Source of the DNA: an uncultured Fibrobacterota bacterium
GTDB lineage: Bacteria; Fibrobacterota; Chitinivibrionia; Chitinivibrionales; FEN-1185
Direction: 5' to 3'
DNA: 64,000 nucleotides
NCBI GenBank assembly: GCA_963729895.1
Contig: CAVSQB010000019.1
Coordinates: forward strand, 128,001 to 192,000
The notes under the pieces are model-generated. The model was given only the letters and a program-made list of their open reading frames with translations, had not been told where the DNA came from and made no database searches. The position numbers and the translations under genes were made by a program. This document shows, one piece after another, positions 18,640 to 29,588 of the stretch; positions within the stretch are counted from its first letter, which is position 1, and each line of letters starts with the position of its first letter.

Positions 18640-19839
18640 ATGGATGAATCCAAACGAGCAGGCCTGCTCGATCTTCTTATCGTGCTTCTCGAACGGAAAT
18701 GGCTTCTGTGCGCCGGGGTGCTGGTATTCTGCGCCGCGGGGATCGTGCTGAGCGGCTTGATGGCCAAATCATTCACCGCCACGGCCGTCATCATGAAGCC
18801 GGCCTCCGCGATGCCGGGGCTCGGCGCGCTGCTCGGCAAGGATCTCCCCGTTTCCGGCCTGCTCAAGTCGCTGGACATTACCGGGGGAAGCGATGCCGAC
18901 AACTTCATGAGCGTTCTCAAGAGCAGGAGGCTCGAAGAGAAAGTGGTTGACAGGTTCAACCTTGTCCGGTACTACGGTTTTGCAAAAAGGAAGAACTACT
19001 ATATCGAAGACGTCTTGAAACGGGCGGAGAAGAGCGCGAAGGTGAAGCAAAACGATTTCGGCAACATCGAGGTGGCGGTCACCGATACGAGCCCGGCCAT
19101 GGCCGCGGCCATGGCAAATTTCATGCTTTTGGAACTCGATACCATCACCTACCACCTGGCGCGGGAAAGCGCGATGAACTCGCGGGTCTTCTTTGAGGAA
19201 CGCCTCGCCCTGGTCAAGCAGGACCTCGATACGGCGGCGCAGCGGCTGGCCCTTTTCAAAACGGAAAACAAATACATCGATCTCGAACAGCAGACCAAAT
19301 CGTCCGTGGAAGCGCTCGCGCAGTTCGAAGCGCAGGACATGGCGCTCGACCTGGAGATCGGGCAATTGCAGAGCAGATTCGGCGCCGGCAACCAGCGGAT
19401 CGCAGAATTGCAAAAGGAGAAGAGCGTCGTCCGGAAGAACATCAACGAGTTCATGGCGTCGGGCGGGGGCAACCTCATCATCGCGCTCAAAGACGCGCCG
19501 GAAAAGGCCGTGCGGTACGGGTACCTGCTGCGTGACGCGAAGATCCAGGAATCGCTGTACGAGTTTGTTCTTCAATTGTGCGAGCAGGCGAGGTTCTCCG
19601 AGTCCAACAACGTTCCGGCCGTTCAGGTTCTCGAATACGCGCAGGTCCCGCAGAGAAAGACGCGTCCCCACCGCACGGCGGTCTGCCTGGTTTTCCTGTG
19701 CATGGGCTTTGCCCTCACGTCGCTGTACATCGTGGGAGGGAAGTGGTTTGCAGGGCAGAAACGGCTCAATACAACGCTGTATTCCAAGACGATGCATGCC
19801 CTCAAATTGCTTTTGTCAATTAAGAGGCAAGAAATCTAG
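18640..19839 (+). CDS. Wzz/Wzc(GumC)-like chain-length determinant
   Basis: Two TM segments flanking a coiled-coil; VLEYAQVPQRKTRP before the C-terminal TM. Confidence 0.85.
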   Translation: MDESKRAGLLDLLIVLLERKWLLCAGVLVFCAAGIVLSGLMAKSFTATAVIMKPASAMPGLGALLGKDLPVSGLLKSLDITGGSDADNFMSVLKSRRLEEKVVDRFNLVRYYGFAKRKNYYIEDVLKRAEKSAKVKQNDFGNIEVAVTDTSPAMAAAMANFMLLELDTITYHLARESAMNSRVFFEERLALVKQDLDTAAQRLALFKTENKYIDLEQQTKSSVEALAQFEAQDMALDLEIGQLQSRFGAGNQRIAELQKEKSVVRKNINEFMASGGGNLIIALKDAPEKAVRYGYLLRDAKIQESLYEFVLQLCEQARFSESNNVPAVQVLEYAQVPQRKTRPHRTAVCLVFLCMGFALTSLYIVGGKWFAGQKRLNTTLYSKTMHALKLLLSIKRQEI

Positions 19840-20213
19840 AAGACATCCGGGCGTTCCCTCGTTCAGGTTAAAAATTACAATGCCTCTGGATAGCAGTGCC
19901 GGGTGCGCCCAGGCACCTCCCTTGAACAAATCCAAGCACCTGCTGGGGGCACCCACGTGAGAGCGGCTGTTATGTTGACACCCGCGAATTGTCGTTTTTC
20001 TTTCCCCATCAGCGCCGACCCTGAGGCCGGAAAATAATAATCCAGTACTTTTGCTTGGCCGAGCCGGAAATCTTAATAAATAAATGTTTCCGGATGGCTG
20101 AGCCGGGTGACCCCAAAGAGGGAGTTGGGGCAAGAATCCAATCCTCTGCTGTGGGGCACCCACGTGAGAGGATCTGCTGTGTTGACACCAGCGAATTGTC
20201 GCTTTTCTTTCCC

Positions 20214-20423
20214 CATCAGCGCCGACCCTGAGGCCGGAGGATTTGGCCGCTCGCGTTGTTTGAGCGCGGCACCCTTTCGGGTTTTCACCTTTGTCATGCC
20301 GCGCGAGTTCGTGAGCGGCCCGAAGGCCGAAGGATCGGGCGGCGCTGCGGGGTGGCCTTTTTGCCTACTTTTTTGGCTATAGAAAAAAGTAGGGCGTCGT
20401 GCGGGGGCGCAACCCCGCAGTAC
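20214..20423. repeat. Structured repeat R1, copy 2
   Basis: Homologous to 6771..6983; preceded by two tandem R2 units. Confidence 0.8.
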
Positions 20424-20594
20424 CGTTATGCATGGGCCGAAGCAGCCTATTGGATGTCCGCCTTCTCATTATTCCGTAGAGCAAAATTGTTCGTTAAAGA
20501 ATCTCACAAACGCGTTTGCACAAAAAAAACAGGGCCTTAGCCCTGTTTCTCATTTTCCGTGTGAGGAAGAAAAGCAAAATCTTGACGTGCCCGG

Positions 20595-20849
20595 CTACGC
20601 CGGAATAACATGCACCTTCTTGCGGTCCTGCGCGCCGGTGCGGAATTGAACGATGCCGTCGGCCAGCGCAAAGAGCGTGTCGTCTTTTCCTTTGCCCACG
20701 TTGAGGCCGGGATGAATGACCGATCCCTTCTGGCGGACGATGATGTTCCCCGCCAACACTTTTTCCCCGCCGTATTTCTTGACGCCGCGGTTCTGCGGAT
20801 TGCTGTCGCGTCCGTTGACGCTGCTCCCGCCGCCCTTCTTGTGTGCCAT
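20595..20849 (-). CDS. rpmA: 50S ribosomal protein L27
   Basis: [16 protein letters not shown]. Confidence 0.98.
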   Translation of the reverse strand: MAHKKGGGSSVNGRDSNPQNRGVKKYGGEKVLAGNIIVRQKGSVIHPGLNVGKGKDDTLFALADGIVQFRTGAQDRKKVHVIPA

Positions 20850-20889
20850 GGTGAGTTCCTTTACTTATGAAAACGTTGGTTTCTTCCCA

Positions 20890-20983
20890 GCCCCCTAAAT
20901 CCCCCGAAGGGGGACTTGCAAGGAGTTGGGGCCGCCAAAGAATCGCTGTCCTAATAAGTCCCCCTCCGGGGGATTTAGGGGGC
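20890..20983. repeat. REP-like inverted pair
   Basis: CCCCCTAAATCCCCCGAAGGGGGACTT ... AAGTCCCCCTCCGGGGGATTTAGGGGG. Confidence 0.8.
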
Positions 20984-21011
20984 GGCTCCCACCGTATTCT
21001 TCCGCGGCAGG

Positions 21012-21323
21012 CTATGCCGTGATCGAGACGATCTCGAGCGTGGTATGCAACTGCCGGTGGCCGGTCCTTTTCTTATAGTTCTTTCTTCGTTTCTTCTTCA
21101 TGATGATCACTTTGTCGCCCTTGATATGGTCGAGGACCTTGGCCTTGACCACGGCGCCGTCCACCAGCGGGGTCCCGATCTTGATTGTGCCGCCCTCGCC
21201 CACCATGAGCACTTTCTGAATGGCAATCTCGCTGCCCTTCTCGGCGTCGATCCTGGGCACCCGGATGGTGTCCCCCTGGGACACCTTGAACTGAAAACCG
21301 TCCTGTTCGACTATGGAAAACAT
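21012..21323 (-). CDS. rplU: 50S ribosomal protein L21
   Basis: GFQFKVSQGD, KKKRRKNYKKRTGHRQ. Confidence 0.97.
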   Translation of the reverse strand: MFSIVEQDGFQFKVSQGDTIRVPRIDAEKGSEIAIQKVLMVGEGGTIKIGTPLVDGAVVKAKVLDHIKGDKVIIMKKKRRKNYKKRTGHRQLHTTLEIVSITA

Positions 21324-21442
21324 TGAAGCACTCCCGCTTTCCCGGCGTTCGAGGACTCTTTGTGAGGCATTCCCGGCCGGATAGGAAATTTTTTAATATA
21401 CATTGCCGACGAATTTTGAGTCAATCAAATTACCGGAGAAGA

Positions 21443-21590
21443 TTTACCGCAGAGGCGCGAAGGACGCAAAGAATCGCAAAGTGAATTGTAACTGAAGATT
21501 GCCGCGCTTCTGTTCTTCTCTGTGCACTCTGTGTCTCTGTGGTGAATCTTCCTTCTCTTCTCTGCGTTCTTTGCGCCTTTGCGGTGAGTC
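21443..21590. repeat. REP-like ACCGCAGAGGCGC / CTCTGTG...TGCGGTGA cluster
   Basis: One forward and two reverse degenerate units between rng and rplU. Confidence 0.65.
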
Positions 21591-21596
21591 TTCTTT

Positions 21597-23135
21597 TCAG
21601 ATGTACTTGGACGTAATCGGCTTTGACCCGCCCTTGGGATAGAATTCGTAGTCGTCCTGGTCGAGGTCCTCGTCTTTTTGAACGGTGAGCCTGAAATGGT
21701 GCTCCTGTTCGAGCTTCCGGAGCATCTGGCTGTTTTCCCGGGTGAGATACGCGGCGACCGCCGGATTCACCGCGAGATTGAGTTCGCGGGGGGTATCGTG
21801 GGAATCGGCGCGGTTGAGCCAGCGGTCGATGCGCGCCGTGACCGTGGCCGGCGAGAACACCCATCCGATCCCGTTGCACACGTTGCACACATCGGTGTAC
21901 AATTCCTGGAGTTCGGGGCGCACGCGCTTGCGCGTTATTTCCATGAGGCCGAATTTCGACAGGCCGGTGATTGACGTTGCGGAAGGGTCGTTCCTGAGAA
22001 GCCTGCGCATCTCGTCTTCGATCTTCCTGCGGTTGTCGGCCTTCTCCATGTCGATGAAATCGATCACGATGATCCCGCCGATGTCGCGCAGCCGGAACTG
22101 GCGCGCAATTTCGTGCGCCGCCTCCAGGTTGGTCTTGAAAATCGTTTCTTCCAGGTTGAACTTGCCCACGTTCCTGCCGGTGTTGACGTCGATGGCCAGG
22201 AGCGCCTCGGCGTGGTCGAACAGGATATAGCCGCCGTTCTTGAGCCACACCTTGCGTTTAAGCGAAAGTTCGAGGTCTTTTTCGATATTGAATTTGTCGA
22301 ACAGCGGCGTCTTGTCTTTGTAATGCACCACCTTCCCGCACAAATCGGGGGAAACCGATTTCAGGTACGACTGGATCTCGGCGAAATCGTCGTCCTGGTC
22401 AACGTACACCTCCGTCACCTCCTCGGAGAACAGGTCGCGGATCACCCGCGTGGTAATGCCCATCTCCCGGTACACCAGCTTGGGCGCGCTCCCGGTGAGG
22501 GCCTCTTCCTGCGTGTTTCTCCATTTGTCGATGAGCGACTGCATCTCCTTGACAAATTCTGGTTCGGCCACCTTGAGGCCGATGGTGCGCACGATAAAGC
22601 CGATGCCGCGCGGCTTGAGCGCCGCGATCAGTTTCTTGAGCTTGACGCGTTTCTTGTCGTCGCTTGTTTTTTTCGACACGCCGATGAAATCGGCGTCGGG
22701 CACCAGCACCAGAAACCTGCCCGCCAGGCTTATCTGCGTGGTCACCTTTGCGCCCTTGGTTCCGATGGGCTCCTTTATCACCTGGACGACGATTTCCTGG
22801 CCCTCTTCGAGCACTTTCTCTATGGGAACCCGGATCACTTTCCTGCGCTTGCTCCTGCCCTGGTCCATGTACCGTTCCGCAAGGGAATCCGCCTCTTCGA
22901 GGAGCAGCGACGGGTCCACGTCGGATGCGTGGAGGAACGCCGCCTTTTCGAGCCCGATGTCCACGAATGCGGCCTGGATGCCCGGAAGGATGGATACGAT
23001 TTTCCCACGGTAAATGTTCCCCACGAACCGCAGACTGTCGGGGCGTTCCACCACGAGTTCCACCACGCGCTCGTTCTCGAGCAGCGCCGCCCGTTTTTCG
23101 GTCGGCGTTGCCGTAAACAGGATCTTTTTTCCCAT
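21597..23135 (-). CDS. rng: Ribonuclease E/G family
   Basis: GNIYRG, AAFVDIG, AIDVNTG, GGIIVIDFIDM, CNVCNGIG. Confidence 0.93.
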   Translation of the reverse strand: MGKKILFTATPTEKRAALLENERVVELVVERPDSLRFVGNIYRGKIVSILPGIQAAFVDIGLEKAAFLHASDVDPSLLLEEADSLAERYMDQGRSKRRKVIRVPIEKVLEEGQEIVVQVIKEPIGTKGAKVTTQISLAGRFLVLVPDADFIGVSKKTSDDKKRVKLKKLIAALKPRGIGFIVRTIGLKVAEPEFVKEMQSLIDKWRNTQEEALTGSAPKLVYREMGITTRVIRDLFSEEVTEVYVDQDDDFAEIQSYLKSVSPDLCGKVVHYKDKTPLFDKFNIEKDLELSLKRKVWLKNGGYILFDHAEALLAIDVNTGRNVGKFNLEETIFKTNLEAAHEIARQFRLRDIGGIIVIDFIDMEKADNRRKIEDEMRRLLRNDPSATSITGLSKFGLMEITRKRVRPELQELYTDVCNVCNGIGWVFSPATVTARIDRWLNRADSHDTPRELNLAVNPAVAAYLTRENSQMLRKLEQEHHFRLTVQKDEDLDQDDYEFYPKGGSKPITSKYI

Positions 23136-23149
23136 GGACTGGTCCGGGG

Positions 23150-26100
23150 CTAGGGGTTAAAGCGGATCTCGACTGACAAAGAGAAAATATTTGATGTCGT
23201 TGTCGACTGCGTGGTCTTATTTTGCGAGCCCGTGTACTTGAATTCGCCGGTGACGTTGTCGGTAAAGTCGTAGGACGCGTGCGGCGTGACGCTTATGAGG
23301 GCGGTGTTGGTGGTGGTGGGCGCCACACCGCTCGACCTCGAGTCGGTGGTGCTGGTAGTGTATTCACCTTCCGCACCGGCCACAAGCCTGCCCACAATGG
23401 GTATCTTCCACATCAGGAACTTGAGTTCCTTGACGCCGGAAGACTTGCTGACCTCGTACTTTATGGCCACCTTGTTGCTGTTGTCAATAGTCCGTGAATA
23501 GCTGCTGCTCCCGCTGCTCGAATCCGATTTCCACCCGTAGGAGTAGGAATAGTCAAGCGTGACGGGCCACTTCTTGAGCACGCCTTGGAAGCCGACGAGC
23601 GGCGATAACTTGTAGGCGGTGCTGATGCTCCTGTCCTTGGTGGATGCGGTGGCCGTGGAGTGCACCTTCAGCTGGTAACTGAAGTTCTGCGACAGGGTGA
23701 CGGTCTGCATGTACCGCGGGACAAAAGCGATTTTGTTGAGGATGCCCGACTTTGCGCTTTCGGAAAAATCGGGCCAGGTGACGGTGGTGTCGGTTGTGGT
23801 GGTGTCGGGACGGACGACATAGTTGCGGCCCCATTTGAGGCTGATGCCGGAAAACGTGATGTCGATCGGCTGCGGAATGTTGAAATTCGTGCTGAGGGAC
23901 AGGTTCATGTCGGACGTCCGCTGGTCGTTCTGCGCGAGGGTGGTCGCCAGGTCCGGCCGAAATTTCATGCCGCCGAACGCCTTGTCGGACATGTTGCCGG
24001 TCACGATGTCCCAGGCATTGCGGTCCGAAAGCCCCACTTGATACAGGTAGAATTGCTCCCGGGAAATGTTTTGCATGACGTCGGTGCTCATGTTGTCGTT
24101 GACAAGCGAGGCCTTGGCGCTGTAATCGAACGTGAGGCTGTTGAACGAGATCTTGTTGATGGCCGCGGAAATGGAGTTGAACACCGCGGCCATGGACTTG
24201 AAGTTGGCGAACCCGCCTGCCAGGTTCTTGAACAGCGACGCAAGGGTGAGCGTACTTGACAAATGGAATGTCCGGTCGACCCCCATGTTCTGATACTTGG
24301 TGGTGTCGTTGGACAGGGTGGTGGCGTTCTCGTGAAAGTTTGCGGAGTAGTCGAACGAGTGGCTGAGCCAGTCGAGAAACGAAGGGTCGAACTTGAGGGT
24401 CGCGCCCTGGGTGCGCGAACGCTCGCCGTACAGAATATCGTAGCGCTTCCAGGTGGGGTCCGTCTGCGCCACGTCGTTGATGAGAAAGCTGTGCCAGTTC
24501 TTTTGCAGGTTGGAGGTGGTGACGGCGCTGTCGAGGTTCCTGGTGACGGCGAGGTTATAGCTGAAGTCAAGAATGTTGATCGGATCGTACACCAGGTTCA
24601 TCCGGTGGTCGAGTTCGAGTTTCTTGGTGACGGTTGTGTCGAGCGCTTCTCCCTGGATCGACTTCTCGTTGGAATAGGTGACCTCCGCGATGTCGAAGGT
24701 AAGCGTGGTGGGAAGGTAGTTGAACTCATAATTCTTGATGCGCTGCGGCAACCACAGCAGCTTTGATTTTTCGAACGGCTTGAACTTGTAGTACTTGGGG
24801 TCCAGCGAGGGCGTCAGATTATACTTGAGCGTGCCGTGGTACGTCTGGAGCGTGTCTTTGTCGAGCACGTCTTCGCCGCCTTCGGTGCGCTCGCCTCTTC
24901 CCGTTTCGGAAGCCTTGAGCGACGAGGAAAAATCTACGGCGGTCCTGTCGAGCAGCATGTCGACAAAGGGGTTGTGCGACTGCGTCTTCTTTGCATATCC
25001 CGTCCACCAGTCCCTCTGAAAAGAGGTCGTCTGGTAATGCCTGGAGGCGGTTGTGTCCGGATCGAACACGCGCCTTCCCACGATCATGTCGATGGCGTCC
25101 TTGTACATCTCCATCAGGCCGTCCGGCGAGCCGTCGGCGTGCAGCAGGTAGATGTCGGAACTCGGCTTGATCTCCGGCCGGGTGAGCGATTCCTGCAGCC
25201 GGGTGCCCAGCGGGATGTCGATGCCCCACCGGTCGGGCAGAAACTTGCTCAGCTTCCCGTCGAGGCTGAGGTTCGCGGAAAGCTGGGAGTTGCCGAGGCC
25301 GATATTCGCGTCCGTCATCCGCCGGAAGTTGCCGTCCGCGTAATCGATGCCCAGGGAGAAGTTGACGAAATCGGCCCACTTGGTGGTGAGGTACACGCGG
25401 CCCGCCCACCCGTCGAGCGTCTTGATGCCGTTCACTTTCATTTCGTCGACCCACACGTCTCCGTGCCAGCTCCCGGTGAGCCCGAGCGAATCGCGCGCAA
25501 CGCCCAGCGCCATCCAGGTGATGTTGGCGAAACTGGGCGAGCGTCCCTGCGGCGCCCGTGCGGAAAGAATGCAATTGCCGGACTGCACGCTCGTGTTGAG
25601 CAGAACGGTGTCGCCATTGTGAACCTGGTACAGGAGCTTCATGTCGGAGATGTCCTTGAGGTGGATGTCCATGGTCTGCCACCCCGCAAGGAGGGGCGTT
25701 TTGGCCTCATAGTAGGTGGAATCGTCCGTGCCGAACTTGAGGAAGGACCAGAAACCGGCGCGCGTGGTGTCGCCGTGGAACATCACCGACAAATCGGAAT
25801 AGGCAGAAACGTTGAGCGGCTGAAACGCAAGGCTCCGCTCCACCTGCGCAATGTCTCCCGACTGGATGTCGTTGTAGGTGAGATCAAGCGCGGTTTCGCG
25901 CGCGAGGTTGCCCTGGACCGTGGTTGCGCGGTACACGCCGGGCGGCGGAGAGTAGGTCTTTGCGTTTTCGTCCGTGTTTACCGTGGACACCGCAAGCTTT
26001 ACCTCCTGCACGGAATCCGCAAGGAAATTGGGCGTCTCGAGCCACTGGTTTCCAACAAACTGGATGCCTGCGAACTTGATGGTGTTGGTTGTATGCATTT

Positions 26101-29100
26101 TGCCAGCGGAGAAATTGGACCACCATATTCTCACGTAATGCATGTTGTTCCATTGGGGAGAGCCCACCTGGCTCCACAGCCCATGCGTGGTATCGTTGAG
26201 CGGTACCCTGTACAAATGCCACCGCATAGAGGGATCGTTGGAGGACGCCTTGCTCTCGTTTGCAAGCGTATCGGGCACCATGTAATTGGCCGCATTTGCA
26301 GCCAGGAACCTCGCGTTGGCCGCGCTGTCGAAATCTATGTACCTCCTGTAGAAGTTCTCGGCCGTACGGAACCCGTCGCCGTTAAGGTCTTCGGTGTTGA
26401 GCACCCCGTTTCTCTGGGTGCCGTTGACATAACGATAGTTGCCCCTCTGGTCCGTGTTTGTCCAGCTATAGGTCTGGTAATTGTCCTTGCTCGGGTCGCC
26501 GGGAATCGGGAGGCGAGTTTCAACGCTGTCCCCACCATTTTGTTTTTGGAGCCACACGTTTTTGCCGGCCACCTTGGTTTTGGCGTCATCGCGAACGTAA
26601 TACCAGAGCGTGTCCCATCCGGAAAAGTCGGCCTTGGGAATGCAGTACCACTCGGACGTATCCTGTTTGCCGTCGAGGCCTATGTCGAGCGTATCGTTGG
26701 CAAGGTTTCCGGTATTCATCGGGTCTTCGGTACGAAGCGAGTCCTTGGGCGGGCCGCCGTCAACGGACACTGCTTCGCTCACGTCACCCAAGTCGATGTA
26801 AAGCCTGCCGCCTGCGTCGCTTCTTGCCCAGAACTCCAGGTATTTGTCCTTTGACCTGTCGGTTTGCCCGGCAGGGAAATAGGTCATGATGCCAGCCCAG
26901 GGGCTCGTGTTTTTGAAATTGGGCCGCACGCTGTCGCACCGGGCGCTGTCCGGCGGGGAAGGTTGACAAACAAAACTCATGGTGGCTTCGTACTTGTCGG
27001 CCTGGGTCTGGTTCTGCAGATCCGTTATGGTGTCGTATATCTCGGTCTTAAGGACCTCGCTGTCCCCGAGCGGAGCATACCAGTACTGGAGCCAGGCCGG
27101 CGGGTGGTGCAGCAGGAAGGTGTCGGAGGGATCGCCGGAGGCGGGTTGCCAGGCCGTGGGAGGCGAACACTGGTACCACGACGTCTGCGAGAGCCCGAGC
27201 GGATAGCTCTGCTTGCTGCCTTCAAAATCGTCTATGTAGGCGGAGCCGTCGGTATTCGGATTGACGATGCTGTGCGCCACCTCCACTTCCAGGTTCACCG
27301 ATGATTTCGCGGCCGTTGACACGAGCGGAATCATGTTGACCGCCTTGGTCATCCATTCGGGTTCCATGTCGATCTGGGTGTTCATGTCGAGGAGCAGCTT
27401 GGAATACGGCTCCTGGTTGATTTTGGGGACCCTGTCCTGGGTTGAGGCGTCCTGCCACAGCAGGCTGGTGCCGATGAACGATTTTTCTCCTATGGGAAGC
27501 TTTACCTCGCCGCGGGCACCGAGAAACACCTTTGACTGGGGCGTGAAGAGCGCGTCGCTCTGGTATTCCACGTAGATCTGGTCGGCCGCCTGGGCACGCT
27601 TGGAAATGAGGTCTATCTGGCCCATCTGGTAGTCGATGGTGTAATCGACCTGGCGCTCGAGCCTGGTGCCGCCTTTACCTCCCATGTACAACGCGTCGGT
27701 GCCGGACTCCACGGCGCCGAACCCGATGGTAAACGTGGTCTTTCTTGACGAGCCGGACATTATGATCTGGTATTTCGCGATGATGTTGGTCCAGTCCTGG
27801 TCGTGCAGCCTGTAGATGTCGCGGTTGGTGTTGCCCTGGCCGAGCGTGTCGTTGGAAAACGGCTCGTTGCCGAGCCCGCCCGCGCTCTTTTTGAACTTCA
27901 CCGGCAGGATGATGATCCCGTGGTCCGCGTCGTAGACCTGGCTGTTGGTAGTGAGGGGATTTCCCACCGCGTCGGTGAGCCCGAGGATCTCGGAGAAGAA
28001 CCGGCCGTTCTGCTGGTTCTTGTTGATGGTGGTATCAAGCACCGTCACCACGCGCAGGCGAAACTTTGTGGGGTCGAACCCCTGCGGCAGCTGATATACG
28101 TTGCGCCACATCAGCGGCCATGTCGGCGCCGTGGAATCCTGGTCCATGGGCTTGAGCCACGCCAGGGTATCGGTGGCCGGGTGGAATTGCGATGTTTGCA
28201 CTGTGTCGTAGACATTATATTGGGAGGCCTTGGAATTTGAGGTAGGGGAGGAGGTCTGAAGAAACATGCCGAGCACGTCGTTGTCCTGAACCGCAAGGCT
28301 GTCGAACCGGATAAAACCGTTTGTAATATCAAGGTGATAATCCCGTTCCTGCACGAGCAGCTTGTAGACTTGGTGAGCGGTGCCTACATAGCGATACACG
28401 TCGCTGGTTTGCTTGTTGAGATTGGTTGCCTGCGCCTGGGTAAGGATGGTGCTGTTGGAAAGCCACACCTCAAGGCGGGTCACCGTGGGAACGGAAACAG
28501 TTGGGTCGATGTAATGGTTGCGGTAGACCGTGTCGAGAAAGAAGAGCTTGTTCCTCATGAAATCTTTTTCGGTCTTCTGGGTTCCGGTTTGGCCCTGGCC
28601 GGAGGGATTAAGCGTGGTGTTCTGCGACTCGCCCTGTTCGGTGCTGGCGATGCCGGTGAGAGACAGCGGGCCTATCTTGGACCCTATCTTGATGCCGAAG
28701 AGCCCCTCGTGGCTTTCGGAGTAACCCGACAACACGGTTGACGGCATGTCGAATCCCGTAAATCCCGCGGTCACCTGCTGGACTACCTCGTCTTCGAGCT
28801 CGTCGCCTTCGCCCTTGTAATCGATCTTGAAGTCCTTGAGCGGGTTGTTCGCCACGTCGGCGCTCACCGCCTGCTTGGTGCTGCCCTTTATGTTGATGCC
28901 GATGAGCCTGCCCACGCTGCCGGTGATGGAAAACTGGTTGTCCTGATCGAACACCAGCGCGTTGTTCCCCTGCAATTGCACGTTTGAATTGGGAATGTCG
29001 GTCTTTGTGTAGTTGTCCGATACGATGATTTTTTCGAACCCGCTTATGGTCAGCTTGGGAGGATCTTTTCCGAGGATTCGCTGCGCCCATGCAGGATACT

Positions 29101-29521
29101 GAACCGGAAGCTCCCATTGCAGGGCGGAAAAGGCATTCTTCTTCTTGTCCGAAGGCGCTGAAAGGAGCGTCAGCGCGCTCTTGTACCAGGCGTTGAGCAA
29201 TACAAAATGGCGCCTGCTTTCGAGATAGGCGTCCAGCTCGTCGTACCGGTACTGCCACACGACGACATTGTAAATCTTGTCGGTCCGTTCAAAGGAAATC
29301 TCGCGTTTCTCGAAATCGACCACTTCCTTGTCTTCGAACAGGGTGGTCTTGGTTTCGAGCATCGACGGGTTTTCCACGGAAAGCGGGCTGGGGCTGGCGG
29401 GTTCCTCGCTGAGGGCATGAAAAAATCCTATGACGCGCTGCGGAGGGCGGACCCCGTCCGCGGCGATCCATTGGGGCCACACAACGACGATGCACGCGAA
29501 CAAAACGCACAAACGACCCAT
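23150..29521 (-). CDS. sprA: SprA-like large outer-membrane protein
   Basis: ~2100 aa, signal peptide, YKGEGDELEDEVVQ, GLFGIK, DYTIDYQMGQI, AYIDDFEGS, NTEDLNGDG, VWVDEM; start uncertain (29521 or 29605). Confidence 0.75.
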   Translation of the reverse strand: MGRLCVLFACIVVVWPQWIAADGVRPPQRVIGFFHALSEEPASPSPLSVENPSMLETKTTLFEDKEVVDFEKREISFERTDKIYNVVVWQYRYDELDAYLESRRHFVLLNAWYKSALTLLSAPSDKKKNAFSALQWELPVQYPAWAQRILGKDPPKLTISGFEKIIVSDNYTKTDIPNSNVQLQGNNALVFDQDNQFSITGSVGRLIGINIKGSTKQAVSADVANNPLKDFKIDYKGEGDELEDEVVQQVTAGFTGFDMPSTVLSGYSESHEGLFGIKIGSKIGPLSLTGIASTEQGESQNTTLNPSGQGQTGTQKTEKDFMRNKLFFLDTVYRNHYIDPTVSVPTVTRLEVWLSNSTILTQAQATNLNKQTSDVYRYVGTAHQVYKLLVQERDYHLDITNGFIRFDSLAVQDNDVLGMFLQTSSPTSNSKASQYNVYDTVQTSQFHPATDTLAWLKPMDQDSTAPTWPLMWRNVYQLPQGFDPTKFRLRVVTVLDTTINKNQQNGRFFSEILGLTDAVGNPLTTNSQVYDADHGIIILPVKFKKSAGGLGNEPFSNDTLGQGNTNRDIYRLHDQDWTNIIAKYQIIMSGSSRKTTFTIGFGAVESGTDALYMGGKGGTRLERQVDYTIDYQMGQIDLISKRAQAADQIYVEYQSDALFTPQSKVFLGARGEVKLPIGEKSFIGTSLLWQDASTQDRVPKINQEPYSKLLLDMNTQIDMEPEWMTKAVNMIPLVSTAAKSSVNLEVEVAHSIVNPNTDGSAYIDDFEGSKQSYPLGLSQTSWYQCSPPTAWQPASGDPSDTFLLHHPPAWLQYWYAPLGDSEVLKTEIYDTITDLQNQTQADKYEATMSFVCQPSPPDSARCDSVRPNFKNTSPWAGIMTYFPAGQTDRSKDKYLEFWARSDAGGRLYIDLGDVSEAVSVDGGPPKDSLRTEDPMNTGNLANDTLDIGLDGKQDTSEWYCIPKADFSGWDTLWYYVRDDAKTKVAGKNVWLQKQNGGDSVETRLPIPGDPSKDNYQTYSWTNTDQRGNYRYVNGTQRNGVLNTEDLNGDGFRTAENFYRRYIDFDSAANARFLAANAANYMVPDTLANESKASSNDPSMRWHLYRVPLNDTTHGLWSQVGSPQWNNMHYVRIWWSNFSAGKMHTTNTIKFAGIQFVGNQWLETPNFLADSVQEVKLAVSTVNTDENAKTYSPPPGVYRATTVQGNLARETALDLTYNDIQSGDIAQVERSLAFQPLNVSAYSDLSVMFHGDTTRAGFWSFLKFGTDDSTYYEAKTPLLAGWQTMDIHLKDISDMKLLYQVHNGDTVLLNTSVQSGNCILSARAPQGRSPSFANITWMALGVARDSLGLTGSWHGDVWVDEMKVNGIKTLDGWAGRVYLTTKWADFVNFSLGIDYADGNFRRMTDANIGLGNSQLSANLSLDGKLSKFLPDRWGIDIPLGTRLQESLTRPEIKPSSDIYLLHADGSPDGLMEMYKDAIDMIVGRRVFDPDTTASRHYQTTSFQRDWWTGYAKKTQSHNPFVDMLLDRTAVDFSSSLKASETGRGERTEGGEDVLDKDTLQTYHGTLKYNLTPSLDPKYYKFKPFEKSKLLWLPQRIKNYEFNYLPTTLTFDIAEVTYSNEKSIQGEALDTTVTKKLELDHRMNLVYDPINILDFSYNLAVTRNLDSAVTTSNLQKNWHSFLINDVAQTDPTWKRYDILYGERSRTQGATLKFDPSFLDWLSHSFDYSANFHENATTLSNDTTKYQNMGVDRTFHLSSTLTLASLFKNLAGGFANFKSMAAVFNSISAAINKISFNSLTFDYSAKASLVNDNMSTDVMQNISREQFYLYQVGLSDRNAWDIVTGNMSDKAFGGMKFRPDLATTLAQNDQRTSDMNLSLSTNFNIPQPIDITFSGISLKWGRNYVVRPDTTTTDTTVTWPDFSESAKSGILNKIAFVPRYMQTVTLSQNFSYQLKVHSTATASTKDRSISTAYKLSPLVGFQGVLKKWPVTLDYSYSYGWKSDSSSGSSSYSRTIDNSNKVAIKYEVSKSSGVKELKFLMWKIPIVGRLVAGAEGEYTTSTTDSRSSGVAPTTTNTALISVTPHASYDFTDNVTGEFKYTGSQNKTTQSTTTSNIFSLSVEIRFNP

Positions 29522-29588
29522 GTCTACAAAGCGTCTCCCCTTGGGACTCCGGACGTGTACGTAACAAAAGCAATGCTCCGGCGGCGCC

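Noticed and set aside
9625..20423. CRISPR array or integron attC array from R1-R4 repeats
   Set aside because: No regular repeat-spacer period, no cas or intI gene, and I could not identify attC-type core sites
24836..26854. 672-aa plus-strand ORF and other long ORFs opposite sprA, rng, ftsH and the Wzz-like gene
   Set aside because: Antisense frames expected from GC-rich codon usage; no motifs
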